Assembly (NCBI GenBank): GCA_037310415.1
Contig: CP147780.1
Location: 640,001 to 704,000, forward strand
Source: Candidatus Atabeyarchaeum deiterrae
Lineage (GTDB): Archaea > Asgardarchaeota > Atabeyarchaeia > Atabeyarchaeales > Atabeyarchaeaceae
Length of the DNA stretch: 64,000 bases
Reading direction: 5' to 3'
Position numbers and translations under genes: made by a program. The notes under the pieces are model-generated. The model was not told the DNA's origin. It searched no databases and was given only the letters and a program-made list of their open reading frames with translations. Shown piece by piece: positions 30,058 through 39,620 of this stretch. Numbering within the stretch: the stretch's first letter is position 1; each line of letters starts with the position of its first letter.

Positions 30058-31266
30058 TTGGAAGATAATGCTGTTGAAGAAATACTATTTGGGAAATCCG
30101 TCTTCAAGAACGAAGCTACGTTGCTTTCAGAGTACGTTCCTCCGAAACTTCCGAGAAGAGAACGGGAAGTCATGCGTTTGGTGCAGGATTTCAGACCTCT
30201 TCTCATAAGAGATGGCTCATTTGGTGTCAACATTGCGATAGTAGGCGAAGCTGGGGCAGGCAAATCGGCCCTTGCGAAATCTGTCATGGAGAAGATAGTG
30301 CCAGCTGCAAGTAAGAAGAACATCAGGATACTTTTCGAATATTTCAACTGCTATACTTTTCGTACAAAGAGTGCAATTCTAAGGAACATGCTAACTGAGC
30401 GCTTTCACGTGTTGAGTCGTGGGTTCTCAGACGAAGAACTCCTTAGCATGCTTATTAAGAGACTTGTTAGTGAGAACGCGAAACTTGTAATCGTAATAGA
30501 CGAGGCACCGATTCTTGGCGGCGAAGAAATCCTGAGTGTGTTGCATGCATCAGAGGTATATGGGTTTGGTCAGTCCCGTATTTCAACAGTTGTAATAAGT
30601 CGGCCATCCGAATGGAGATTGATGTTGAGCGCGCCTTTGTCAGGGCACATTCACGACCAGATAAATATGACTAGTTACAGCAAAGAGGATCTCGTTGAAA
30701 TTCTGCGTTACAGGGCGGATACAGCTTTTGTCCCTGGTACCGTATCTGAGGAGATCTTGGATATGGTAGCGCAGATAGCGGCAAGTACAAGGAACGCGAG
30801 ACACGGCATCGAAATGCTCTACCAAGCTGGCAAAAGGGCGGATTCAGAAGGTGGAACGGAACTGACAGCTGAAATGATAAGGCAGGCAAAGGAAAATGTC
30901 TATCCTGAACTAAGGTATGACATGTTCTATACTCTAAAGCCTCATGAGGTTCTGACTGCGCTAAGCATTGCTAGGATGCTAAAAACCAAAGGATCAACAT
31001 CCACAACGGTGGACGAATCCTTCGACTACTACCGTGTAGTCTGCGAGGAAGAAGGATTCTCGCCGCAGTTGAAGCCGACTTTCAGAAAGAATGTTAGTCT
31101 TCTGATCAATCTCGGATTCATGGGTCTGATCGTGGGCCCAGTGGAAAGAGGTAAACGAGGCAGACAAGGGAGAATAACACTATATGACATTCCGGCAAGC
31201 ATTCTTGAAGAGAGACTCCGTGATATTCTCGACCGATTCAAGAGAAACCCAAGTGGCACAGACTAG
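30058..31266 (+). CDS. cdc6: Second Cdc6/Orc1 paralog
   Basis: YVPPKLPRRE, GEAGAGKS, VIDEA, NARHGIEML, GKRGR wing. Confidence 0.9.
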   Translation: MEDNAVEEILFGKSVFKNEATLLSEYVPPKLPRREREVMRLVQDFRPLLIRDGSFGVNIAIVGEAGAGKSALAKSVMEKIVPAASKKNIRILFEYFNCYTFRTKSAILRNMLTERFHVLSRGFSDEELLSMLIKRLVSENAKLVIVIDEAPILGGEEILSVLHASEVYGFGQSRISTVVISRPSEWRLMLSAPLSGHIHDQINMTSYSKEDLVEILRYRADTAFVPGTVSEEILDMVAQIAASTRNARHGIEMLYQAGKRADSEGGTELTAEMIRQAKENVYPELRYDMFYTLKPHEVLTALSIARMLKTKGSTSTTVDESFDYYRVVCEEEGFSPQLKPTFRKNVSLLINLGFMGLIVGPVERGKRGRQGRITLYDIPASILEERLRDILDRFKRNPSGTD

Positions 31267-31268
31267 AA

Positions 31269-32633
31269 TCATGGAATAGGTTTCAACTGTTTTTGCCTCG
31301 AGTTCCTTAGAGTCTGATGATATGAGCCAGTCGCCTTTGCCACGAATATATTGTGTTTGGTGCGAATCATACGCACCTGTCTTCTTGAATGGGTGTCCGT
31401 GTCGCCTGTCAGAACATGTAGAGATCGGTCCCTACCGACGCCAAGCATCTCCCCCATCATTCGACCAGATTCTAGGATCTCGATTTCGCAGATCTCGCCT
31501 CTTCTGAAAGGTTTTGGATAGCTTTCCATCGGTCTTATTCCAAAGTCGGTGGGGGTCAGAATGAGAGGGTGAACATCATAGAATTTGCCAATAGCCTCTA
31601 TTTCACTCTGGAACTGTTTCATAGAGCAAGGCTTGAGACCTTTTACCTTCTTGCCATGTTTATGGATCAAGTAATTCTGAATGCCAAGCAAAGGCCACTC
31701 TGACCTATTCGCAATCTTCTTAACAAATCGCACTATCTTGGGAATCTCATCGTCGTTGAGACCAGGAACCCACAGCGGGGCTATAAGTAGTGAAACGTCT
31801 GACTCACATATCTTCTCCACGATATTGAGAATATGTCCAAGAGAATAACCTACTTCACCTGAAAGCTGTAATGCTTTCCCTGAATCCAATGCATTTACTG
31901 AGAGATTTATCCGAGAAAGTCCGGCCCGCTCCAGTTTATCGACTAGACTATCCGTCAATGGAACTCCATTAGTCTGGAGTGATATTGTCTCAACGCCAGA
32001 AATCATTGAAAGCTTCTCAACTAACTCAGGCAGATAAGGATAGAGTGTCGGTTCTCCTTGTCCATCAATATGCAACTCGATGGATTGCGATCCCTTGAAT
32101 TCGCATAATTTCCTTATCTCATCGACCATGTATCCAGGTTCGACAATGAAATCAGTCAAGCGGGTCTTCGAGTGTAATCCACTGTCGACGGAGCAGAAAG
32201 GACAGTCGAGGACACACCCGGTTATTGGTCTAACCTGAATTAGGTTTGTTCCTCTATCGATTATCCCAAAATCAATCCGTCCTATCAAGGGGATCCCAGA
32301 AGAGTCTGTCACATAGATGAGTCTGTTTCCAGTGATCCGATTCCTGAGCGTGCCGGGCAAATGTGCTGAGATGAAGTTGCTCGCAATGTCAACTAGTTTC
32401 TGATCATCTACCCTATCACCGGAGGATGTATCAAGAATGAGCATCAATTCTCCGTCTTTAACTATAATATCAGCTCTTGATGTGTCACTTGTTAAACCCC
32501 TTCTCATAAGGTTCCTCAGCCGAGCTAACGGTAACTCGCCAGCAATGATTCTGTGAAGATAGATAGTGATTATTCCACCATTGATTTCTGCTTCAATCGG
32601 AAAGAGTTGAGACAAGTTGATTTCTCTTCTCAT
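31269..32633 (-). CDS. Radical SAM protein with C-terminal TRAM-like domain
   Basis: FGIIDRGTN, CVLDCPFC (CxxxCxxC), DGQGEP. Confidence 0.88.
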   Translation of the reverse strand: MRREINLSQLFPIEAEINGGIITIYLHRIIAGELPLARLRNLMRRGLTSDTSRADIIVKDGELMLILDTSSGDRVDDQKLVDIASNFISAHLPGTLRNRITGNRLIYVTDSSGIPLIGRIDFGIIDRGTNLIQVRPITGCVLDCPFCSVDSGLHSKTRLTDFIVEPGYMVDEIRKLCEFKGSQSIELHIDGQGEPTLYPYLPELVEKLSMISGVETISLQTNGVPLTDSLVDKLERAGLSRINLSVNALDSGKALQLSGEVGYSLGHILNIVEKICESDVSLLIAPLWVPGLNDDEIPKIVRFVKKIANRSEWPLLGIQNYLIHKHGKKVKGLKPCSMKQFQSEIEAIGKFYDVHPLILTPTDFGIRPMESYPKPFRRGEICEIEILESGRMMGEMLGVGRDRSLHVLTGDTDTHSRRQVRMIRTKHNIFVAKATGSYHQTLRNSRQKQLKPIP

Positions 32634-32808
32634 TGAACTTCATCTTTCTCTGTCCAACAGATTTATAACAGGTCTTGAGATCCGATTCCATTGAAGAACC
32701 ATACGGACTTGTCACATGAACACTAGTTCTACTGCGTGTTACTAACTTTTTGCTGTACGGGCGCAGCTGATAAACATGGTTATGTGCTGACTACCATTTA
32801 ACCCTACA

Positions 32809-33786
32809 GTGAAGACCAAAATCAATGAGATTAGTTGTGCAGGCGGTCCGAAATTGAATAAATGCTCAAAGTGCGGTAGGAACGCTGTCACATTCAGGCC
32901 CTACTCTGGTGAGTACTTATGTAAAGTATGCTTCACTGGATCAGTTGAAGATAAGGTTAGGAGAGCGATTACAGTCAACAGAATGCTGAAGGAAGATGAC
33001 AGAATAGCAGTAGGGCTCTCAGGTGGCAAGGACAGTGTGGTCTTACTACACATCATGAAGCAGATCGAAGAGAAATTTCCTAATTCACGACTCATGGCTC
33101 TTACGGTTGACGAGGGAATATCAGGTTATCGTGAAGAGAGTATAGCTGTAGCAAAGAGAAATGCATTGTTGCACGATATACCCCATTCTATATTCTCTTT
33201 TAAGGATCTTTTCGGCTACACAATCGATGAGATTATGCAAAATGGACGAGTGAAAAACTCGGGCGCTAGCGCATGTTCTTTTTGTGGGTCACTCAGGAGA
33301 AGGGCATTGAACCAGATGGCCAGAGAGCTCGGAGCCACAAAGCTAGCCGTTGGGCATAATTTGGATGATGAGTCTCAAAGCATACTCCTGAACGTGCTAC
33401 GGCCAGACATTCATCGCTTGGCTAAGTTGGTTCCGGCTACAAGTTCCGAATGTAAGAACTTCGTACCTCGAATTAAACCACTTCGGGCGATTCCTGAGCG
33501 GGAAACTGTTCTATATGCATATTACAAAGGAATAGAGTTCCACTCACAAGAATGCCCATACTCGTTTAATGTGCTCAGAGGCGACATTGAATCGATTTTG
33601 AACACTCTTGAAGCCAGGAACCCAGGAGTAAAATACGGTATACTCAGATTCTTGGAGGACTTAGCCCCCCTTCTCGAAAACTATAGACGAGATATCGATT
33701 TTACTCAATGTGAGTATTGTGGTGAGCCTTCTTCGGACACTCTCTGCAATGTGTGCAAACTCTTATCACACTTAGCTCAGAAATGA
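32809..33786 (+). CDS. tRNA 2-thiolation protein (TtuA/Ncs6 family)
   Basis: PP-loop SGGKDS, CSFC, GHNLDD, terminal Zn fingers. Confidence 0.92.
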   Translation: MKTKINEISCAGGPKLNKCSKCGRNAVTFRPYSGEYLCKVCFTGSVEDKVRRAITVNRMLKEDDRIAVGLSGGKDSVVLLHIMKQIEEKFPNSRLMALTVDEGISGYREESIAVAKRNALLHDIPHSIFSFKDLFGYTIDEIMQNGRVKNSGASACSFCGSLRRRALNQMARELGATKLAVGHNLDDESQSILLNVLRPDIHRLAKLVPATSSECKNFVPRIKPLRAIPERETVLYAYYKGIEFHSQECPYSFNVLRGDIESILNTLEARNPGVKYGILRFLEDLAPLLENYRRDIDFTQCEYCGEPSSDTLCNVCKLLSHLAQK

Positions 33787-33802
33787 GTAGTGAACATGGA
33801 AA

Positions 33803-34151
33803 GGGTTATGAACCCCGACTCTCGACATCCTTTACGCTCACCAGTACCCTTCTCTAGGGAATCCACCCCGTGAATCCGAAAGCGCACCCGGTCAAACTTA
33901 CGACTGCTGCCTCCCGGCTCTCGTCGGATTTGTCTACAACGGTCTTCTCCATCTCCCCTACAGGAGATGTTCGACCACCAGATGCCCTCCGGGGCGAGGC
34001 TTCATGTCCCTCGGAAAAGGCTGTATGAACGCTTGGAATGCCTCAAGCCGGCATTCGGCCCGCCGTATAGGGCGTTTGCGGTACAGGGGAGTTCTAGCCT
34101 ATGGCTGGGGATCAGTCTAGGTCCCTAGCCCCCCGCCTAGGCTCATAACCC
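33803..34151 (-). ncRNA. ffs: SRP (7S) RNA with a 31-nt intron; ~318 nt mature
   Basis: Terminal helix GGGTTATGAGC/GTTCATAACCC; Alu TGTA motif; helix 6 GTAG loop; helix 8 GCC-GGGA-GGC-AGCAG; upstream TATA. Confidence 0.93.
34092..34122 (-). other. 31-nt BHB intron in SRP RNA helix 3 loop
   Basis: GGGGG/TCCCC outer stem, CTAG/CTAG central helix, bulges GGA and AAC, CCTA/TAGG inner stem. Confidence 0.85.
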
Positions 34152-34254
34152 CAATGTGGATACCGAAAAATTAAATATAAAGATTTCCTGATGTGGAGAT
34201 TAGGTGGTTTTTGGGCACCAACTGTGTTTGATGTCCTGATCCATGCGTATGCGT

Positions 34255-34396
34255 GCCGGGGTGTCCTAGAGAGACGAATTCGACCAGTCTCAGGGAACCT
34301 GGTAGGGAGCAGACAAAACCACTCTTGGTAATGGCTCATGCCTGCTAAGTCTGTGCCCGAAAGGGCGCGTGGGTTCAAATCCCACCCCCGGCGCCA
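34255..34396 (+). tRNA. tRNA-Ser(GCT) with two introns: 34270-34297 (15/16) and 34313-34339 (29/30)
   Basis: Acceptor GCCGGGG/CCCCGGC-GCCA; long variable arm GCCC-GAAA-GGGC; BHB helices TCCT/AGGG and GAGC/GCTC. Confidence 0.92.
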
Positions 34397-34539
34397 AACT
34401 ATTAATGAGATTCTGGGGGATGAGTAGTACCTGTTGGGTGGGCTGAAAGCGGCGAGTAGTCAGATAGAGGTTCGGTGTCTGGCAAATTCCTCTTCCAAAT
34501 GCCATCTAGCTGGGAATCTGATCTCACATTCGAAACACC

Positions 34540-34980
34540 GTGTCGGGGGCAATCATTGTGGGGTACGAATTCCTTGAACACACTGCTGACGTTATGGTTG
34601 AAGCGCACGGGGGATCCCTTGAGGAAGCATTCTGCTTTGCTGCCAAAGCCATGTTCGATACGATGGTTGACTTGTCGAAAGTTGTGCCGAAATCAAGTGT
34701 GAATGTTGAGGTTTCGGCAAGTGACGTCGAAGGTTTGTTGTACTTGTGGCTCGAGGAACTGCTTTTCAGGTTTGATGTCGAGAGGATGGTTTTCTCAGAA
34801 TTCAGATTCCAATTCATCGAGAAAGAAGATGCCCTGATCGGTAGGGGAATTGCAGAGGGTGAGCCTTACGACCCTAAGAAGCATTTGGGGAAAACCGAGG
34901 TAAAAGCAGTAACATACGAAGAAATGCTGATAGTTAAGAGCGATAGGGGTTTCAAGGTTAGGTTCATTCTCGATATATGA
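34540..34980 (+). CDS. Archease (RtcB RNA ligase cofactor)
   Basis: YEFLEHTAD...EVKAVTY...FILDI. Confidence 0.93.
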   Translation: MSGAIIVGYEFLEHTADVMVEAHGGSLEEAFCFAAKAMFDTMVDLSKVVPKSSVNVEVSASDVEGLLYLWLEELLFRFDVERMVFSEFRFQFIEKEDALIGRGIAEGEPYDPKKHLGKTEVKAVTYEEMLIVKSDRGFKVRFILDI

Positions 34981-35192
34981 TAGATCGATCGGTTCCTTTA
35001 TCAATTGTCGATTAATCGCCAACTGTTAGGGATTTGCCGAAGTATGATCCCTTCAAGACATAACACTTTTATTTGATCAGCAATAGGAGTAGTAGTTCAA
35101 ATCCCGGCATCATTGATGACTGTTCTTAGAATGATATGCATTGTCCATGACAACAGGTCTTTATGAGTTAGGTCCATTGAGGACGATCAAAG

Positions 35193-36083
35193 ATGACTTC
35201 GTTTAACTTCGACCCCGTCAGCATTCTAATTGGTTTACTAGTTGTTGGTGGTTTCGGTGTTTTTTCAATGAAAGTAAAAGCGGTCAACTTCTCTGGTTTA
35301 ATAGCAGGTCTAGTAGTAGGGCTTTCAGTCTGGGTCTTCGGGGGCTGGTATTGGTTTGTTTTGATCCTGACATTTCACTTGGTCACCGCTCAGTTCACAC
35401 ATTTCAAGTATGAATTCAAGAGGAAACTCGGTGTCGCGGAAGGGAAGCATGGAGCAAGGGCGTGGGGAAATGTTTTTGCTAACGGAGGAATCCCAGCAGT
35501 CTTCGCCATTTTCGAGAGAATATACCCGATTTACTTGACTGGAAGCGCAGACATATTCTTCGCCGCTTTCATAGGAGCGATATCTACCACAACCGCAGAC
35601 ACACTTGCCACCGAAATCGGGTTGCTTTATCCAAGAGAGCCCAGACTCATCACCAATCTCAAGACAAAAGTTGTACCCGGAACATCTGGAGGCATATCAC
35701 CTCTTGGTGAAGCAGCTATAATCGGAGGCGGCCTTTTGATAGGGTCCGTGGCTTGGCTTCTCGCTATTACGACGAGACTGATACCAAGTGAAGGCATTCT
35801 CGGTTTTGGTCCAAACCTGCTTATCATATGTGTCGTGTCGGCCTTCTTTGGAAGCACCATTGACAGTTTTCTTGGCGCAACTCTGCAGGGATCGTACAAG
35901 TGTAAGGCATGCCACAAGATAACAGAGCATAGAGTTCACTGCGACGAGCCAGCAGAGCTTATGAGAGGTAGCAGATTACTCGGAAACAACTGGGTTAACT
36001 TCATTTCATCCCTTTCAGGTGCCGTTGTAGCAATCCTCATGTTTTACTTCAGCATACAGTTCCCTCTAGTTCGAACGATTTAG
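35193..36083 (+). CDS. DUF92/TMEM19 membrane protein
   Basis: NVFANGG, ADTLATEIG, PGTSGGISPLG, DSFLGATLQ. Confidence 0.9.
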   Translation: MTSFNFDPVSILIGLLVVGGFGVFSMKVKAVNFSGLIAGLVVGLSVWVFGGWYWFVLILTFHLVTAQFTHFKYEFKRKLGVAEGKHGARAWGNVFANGGIPAVFAIFERIYPIYLTGSADIFFAAFIGAISTTTADTLATEIGLLYPREPRLITNLKTKVVPGTSGGISPLGEAAIIGGGLLIGSVAWLLAITTRLIPSEGILGFGPNLLIICVVSAFFGSTIDSFLGATLQGSYKCKACHKITEHRVHCDEPAELMRGSRLLGNNWVNFISSLSGAVVAILMFYFSIQFPLVRTI

Positions 36084-36101
36084 GAATCGTTGGCGAGGGT
36101 C

Positions 36102-36338
36102 TTACTTCTTCGAAGCATAGTAGCTGTCAATAAACTCTCCATAGACATCTACCTGCTCGGTGAGTTTGCCGACAGCAAGCTTGCTGTTTATTCCACAGTT
36201 ACCACATCTGACTGAAGCTTCATGGTGACTCTTGTCTATCATTATCTTGACTGATTTGTTTCCGCATGAGGGACACGTAAAAAGCACCGGCACTCTTCTT
36301 GGAATTCTTTTGATAACCTTCCTGCGTCTTCTGCCCAT
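36102..36338 (-). CDS. elf1: Transcription elongation factor Elf1
   Basis: MGRRRR...FTCPSC...CGNC...VDVYGEFID. Confidence 0.92.
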   Translation of the reverse strand: MGRRRRKVIKRIPRRVPVLFTCPSCGNKSVKIMIDKSHHEASVRCGNCGINSKLAVGKLTEQVDVYGEFIDSYYASKK

Positions 36339-36423
36339 CTCAAACACAACCATATCTTCGTACGCCGTTCTAAAAGTAACTCATGGTCGGCTTAGCTCAG
36401 TTTTCGTCATAACAATGTCCCTT

Positions 36424-38193
36424 CTAGATAATAAACTCGTTTCTGATGTGTTCAAGCAGTGACCTTGCTTCAATTCTGGGGTCGGGTTTAACTATTCTGA
36501 TAACTCTGAGTTCACTCCTGTTCAACTTCTGATTCAGAGAGCACCTCCCTACCAGGATCACGTCTGTGCCGAGAACATTTGAGAGCATTGATGCATTTTC
36601 TTTTGTGTTGCCTTCTATGCCAGAAAGCAGCTCATCAGCTCTCATGTCCAGCAGTTCTTCGCCAATCTTTCCTGACAACGTGCATTTTACTATAGCGGTT
36701 CCATCATCAAGGGTTAGGCTGTATAGAACTCTTGGCATGGGGGTATCGATGCTGCCATGTTCTATGCAGAGCCATTTTTCTTCTTTCTTGTCAACTTTTC
36801 TGAAGCATTTCGGACATGCCATATAGACTAGAGGTCTATCTTGGACTTTCGTGATCAACCCTCTGATTTCAGCGACCTCCCCATCCTTCAGTTCGACTAT
36901 CTTCTTCCTATGGACTCTGTTATCTCTGTCTTCTACCCGTGCGAGATCATATCTTAATCCACGATCTGCCAACGCGATCCTTTCTATGCCGTTCTTGACA
37001 GTGACCAAATTCGAATCTCTGATATGTACTTCTACCTCAGCGTTTATTCCACGTCTTATGTTTCCTTCTCTGATTGCGATGCTGTCACCTTTTCTCAGCT
37101 CTCTAAGATTCTCAGCATCTTCGTCCCATGCCACAACTCTAATCGATGAAGTGTTGTCAGCCAGAATGAATGAGAGTATCTTACCTTTCACACCATTACT
37201 GCGGGTGAACTCTCTAAGAAGAGGCTCATCAGCTATCAAACCCTCTAGGGCAACACCTCGTGTTCTCCGCTCACTTTCAATAATTCCCTTGGCTTTCTCG
37301 ATTCCAGTCGTACCGACCACAGCAGTTACTGAAGGGACCATTTTGACAGCTGATGATGCGTTGATATGGATTTCGATTCCACCATTTCTATTTAAGCGTG
37401 CTTGTCCCGAGCGAATCTCCATAATGTCCCCTATTCTAGCATTTTCCACAAGAGATGTTTTGTCATCCCAGAAGACCACCCGCGCACTGGCTCCAGTCTC
37501 ATCTCCTATGATCAGGCTTGACAGCCGGACTTCCCTTCCTTCCTTGGTTCGCACGGATCTCGTACCGAAAACTCTCTGAACAAGCCCTTTAACATTAACT
37601 TCTCTCATTTCAGGTCTCAGTTCGTTGACTTTCATACTCCTCGCCAAGTCTGGAGGAAAGTCACTTTCCCTAGTATCATGAGGGTTGATTTCTATTCGTC
37701 CTCTTCTACCAACATGCAGTTCAATCTTTTCCCCTAAGTCCTCTTTTACATAGCCATCATGGATTCTGACGATACTGCCCTCGTTGACATTGTTAGTTTG
37801 AACGAAACTGGTCGCTTCGCCCCATAATACGGTCTTCGCTTCTCCACTCTTGTCGGCGATGACTAGGTCTGTTACAAATCCCTTGTTGCCGTTTCTGTCA
37901 GTGTACTCCCTTACAGGATTGACTCTCATGACCCTGCCAGTGATTGTGACATTACTCATTCCCGTAACAAGATCGCCAATCGTGAGACTGAGATCCTCAT
38001 CATCAAGATCTGGATAGATCTCTACGCCGAGCTCCTTTGCAACTAGATCGGCGGCTCCTTCATCACTTATCATCCAACTGAGTGTGCTTTTCTTCTTGTC
38101 AATCAGCTCGAAGACTTGTTTTCTGGATAACCCTTTTTCCTCAACTATTCTACTCACTATTTCGTCAAGCGCCACTCTTGGTAGTCTATTCAT
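36424..38193 (-). CDS. rpa: Replication protein A large subunit (multi-OB, Zn finger)
   Basis: Repeated DxSG/DETG...W OB folds; YMACPKCFRKV...CIEHG; LDDGT. Confidence 0.9.
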   Translation of the reverse strand: MNRLPRVALDEIVSRIVEEKGLSRKQVFELIDKKKSTLSWMISDEGAADLVAKELGVEIYPDLDDEDLSLTIGDLVTGMSNVTITGRVMRVNPVREYTDRNGNKGFVTDLVIADKSGEAKTVLWGEATSFVQTNNVNEGSIVRIHDGYVKEDLGEKIELHVGRRGRIEINPHDTRESDFPPDLARSMKVNELRPEMREVNVKGLVQRVFGTRSVRTKEGREVRLSSLIIGDETGASARVVFWDDKTSLVENARIGDIMEIRSGQARLNRNGGIEIHINASSAVKMVPSVTAVVGTTGIEKAKGIIESERRTRGVALEGLIADEPLLREFTRSNGVKGKILSFILADNTSSIRVVAWDEDAENLRELRKGDSIAIREGNIRRGINAEVEVHIRDSNLVTVKNGIERIALADRGLRYDLARVEDRDNRVHRKKIVELKDGEVAEIRGLITKVQDRPLVYMACPKCFRKVDKKEEKWLCIEHGSIDTPMPRVLYSLTLDDGTAIVKCTLSGKIGEELLDMRADELLSGIEGNTKENASMLSNVLGTDVILVGRCSLNQKLNRSELRVIRIVKPDPRIEARSLLEHIRNEFII

Positions 38194-38640
38194 TCTTCGT
38201 TAGCCTCGTGAACTCACTAATATTGATATTACAGATGCAGAGTCTTAAAGCTCTCTAATTGCTTCTGAAACTGGGCGGAGTCCGAAGCAAAAAAGGAAAT
38301 AGCCCCCTGCTTCAGTGAACGCATTCACTCATTCTATTGCTTTCCTTCCCAGAACTTCGGTATATATTCCTAGATCTGTTCTAAGAAATGGATTGACTGT
38401 CTTGTCGTGTTCCTGCTTCATATCCCTTATAAACTAAGCAATCTGGCTACGGGATTCCGTCGCCTTGGCCATGAGGTCTTCAATCAATTGCGGCCAGCGA
38501 CGTAGGCTTTGACTTCGAGGAATGCTTCTATTACTAAGCTTTTCTAACTATCCTTCAAGACCATATGACGGAGCACCCAATGTATGTTCTCATCGGGTGA
38601 TAGAGTGCACGCGGAGAGGTGAAAGGGTTTCTCAGAAGAA

Positions 38641-38754
38641 TTAGACAACTGATTTTTCCTCTTCTCCGAATATCTGATACGCGAGAATGAACACGACAGC
38701 CACACCGATCAAAACCCACAGGATCGTGAGGAGCGTGTCAAAGGCTGCTGCCAC
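38641..38754 (-). CDS. 37-aa single-TM microprotein
   Basis: MAAAFDTLLTILWVLIGVAVVFILAYQIFGEEEKSVV; AGGAG SD-like, GTG start, AT-rich promoter upstream. Confidence 0.6.
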   Translation of the reverse strand: MAAAFDTLLTILWVLIGVAVVFILAYQIFGEEEKSVV

Positions 38755-38840
38755 TATTCATCATCTCCTGTTTGGCTCTCGACCTACGTGAAGTAAGAAT
38801 GGGTATTTATTATTTCTCTCTTTTGTAGGGCTCTCCTGTT

Positions 38841-39242
38841 CTAGGGGTCCTGTCTCGCGACTCTTCGCAATCCCCTCATGAAGGTCAGATATCGGCTGTC
38901 ATCCAAGGGTTCCAACTCATATGTGTGCAACGCCTCAGCTATCGTCTTGGCTAAGAGATGGTAACAGCAAAGGAACTTTCTTCTTATAATCACGTTGAGG
39001 TAGAAGTCATCACAAGTGCAGTAAAAGTCATCTATTACAAAGTAATTCATTTTCTTACCTTTTACAGTCCAAGCTTCGCGCCCGCTTGGACCAAAAACAT
39101 GCTTGATGACACTTCCTTCTATGGCAGCCCTGATTCCTTTCCAGAATCGTTCTCCGTATCTCGCGGACATACCTCTTAGCTCACTGCCTGAAACCTGTCC
39201 ACTCTTCTTAATCTTGGCTAGACTTTGGTCGTCTCTAAGCAG
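38841..39242 (-). CDS. SWIM zinc-finger protein; probable CTG start
   Basis: YCTCDDF...CYHLLA (CxC...CxH). Confidence 0.82.
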   Translation of the reverse strand: MLRDDQSLAKIKKSGQVSGSELRGMSARYGERFWKGIRAAIEGSVIKHVFGPSGREAWTVKGKKMNYFVIDDFYCTCDDFYLNVIIRRKFLCCYHLLAKTIAEALHTYELEPLDDSRYLTFMRGLRRVARQDP

Positions 39243-39292
39243 ACTGAATCCCCTCGCTTGCTAAAGATCGATGTCTCAAATATGATAGTATG

Positions 39293-39457
39293 TGGGCGAG
39301 GCCGGATTTGAACCGGCGACCTCAGGTTGCTATCGATCCATTGCGAGCAATCTCCTGCTCCCACTCTGCGGCAACATCCCATATGATGCATGTTGCTTAG
39401 GCAGGAATCATGGCCAGCCTAGGGATTCTCTTGAACTCCTATCTAGACTACCCGCCC
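39293..39457 (-). tRNA. tRNA-Pro(TGG) with three introns: 39417-39440, 39364-39398, 39321-39351
   Basis: Acceptor GGGCGGG/CTCGCCC-A; anticodon stem CCTGC/GCAGG; BHB helices CTAG/CTAG, CTGC/GCAG, CAGG/CCTG. Confidence 0.88.
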
Positions 39458-39620
39458 ATTCCTCTTTTGCCTTGGACAAGCACCTTCATTCTCAATCATT
39501 AACCCTGTTTCTTCTTAATTCTCTTTTTATGCAGACATGGCACCTGAGAGACTGGCAGAGGCTGAATATAGGGTCTTTAAATATATATGTAACTCTTTTA
39601 TCCCAAGAGAAGGAAAGATT

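Noticed and set aside
35086-35170. tRNA T-arm-like GTTCAAATCCCGGC and a TGATGA box
   Set aside because: No acceptor or anticodon arms can be built, and the D boxes are non-consensus.
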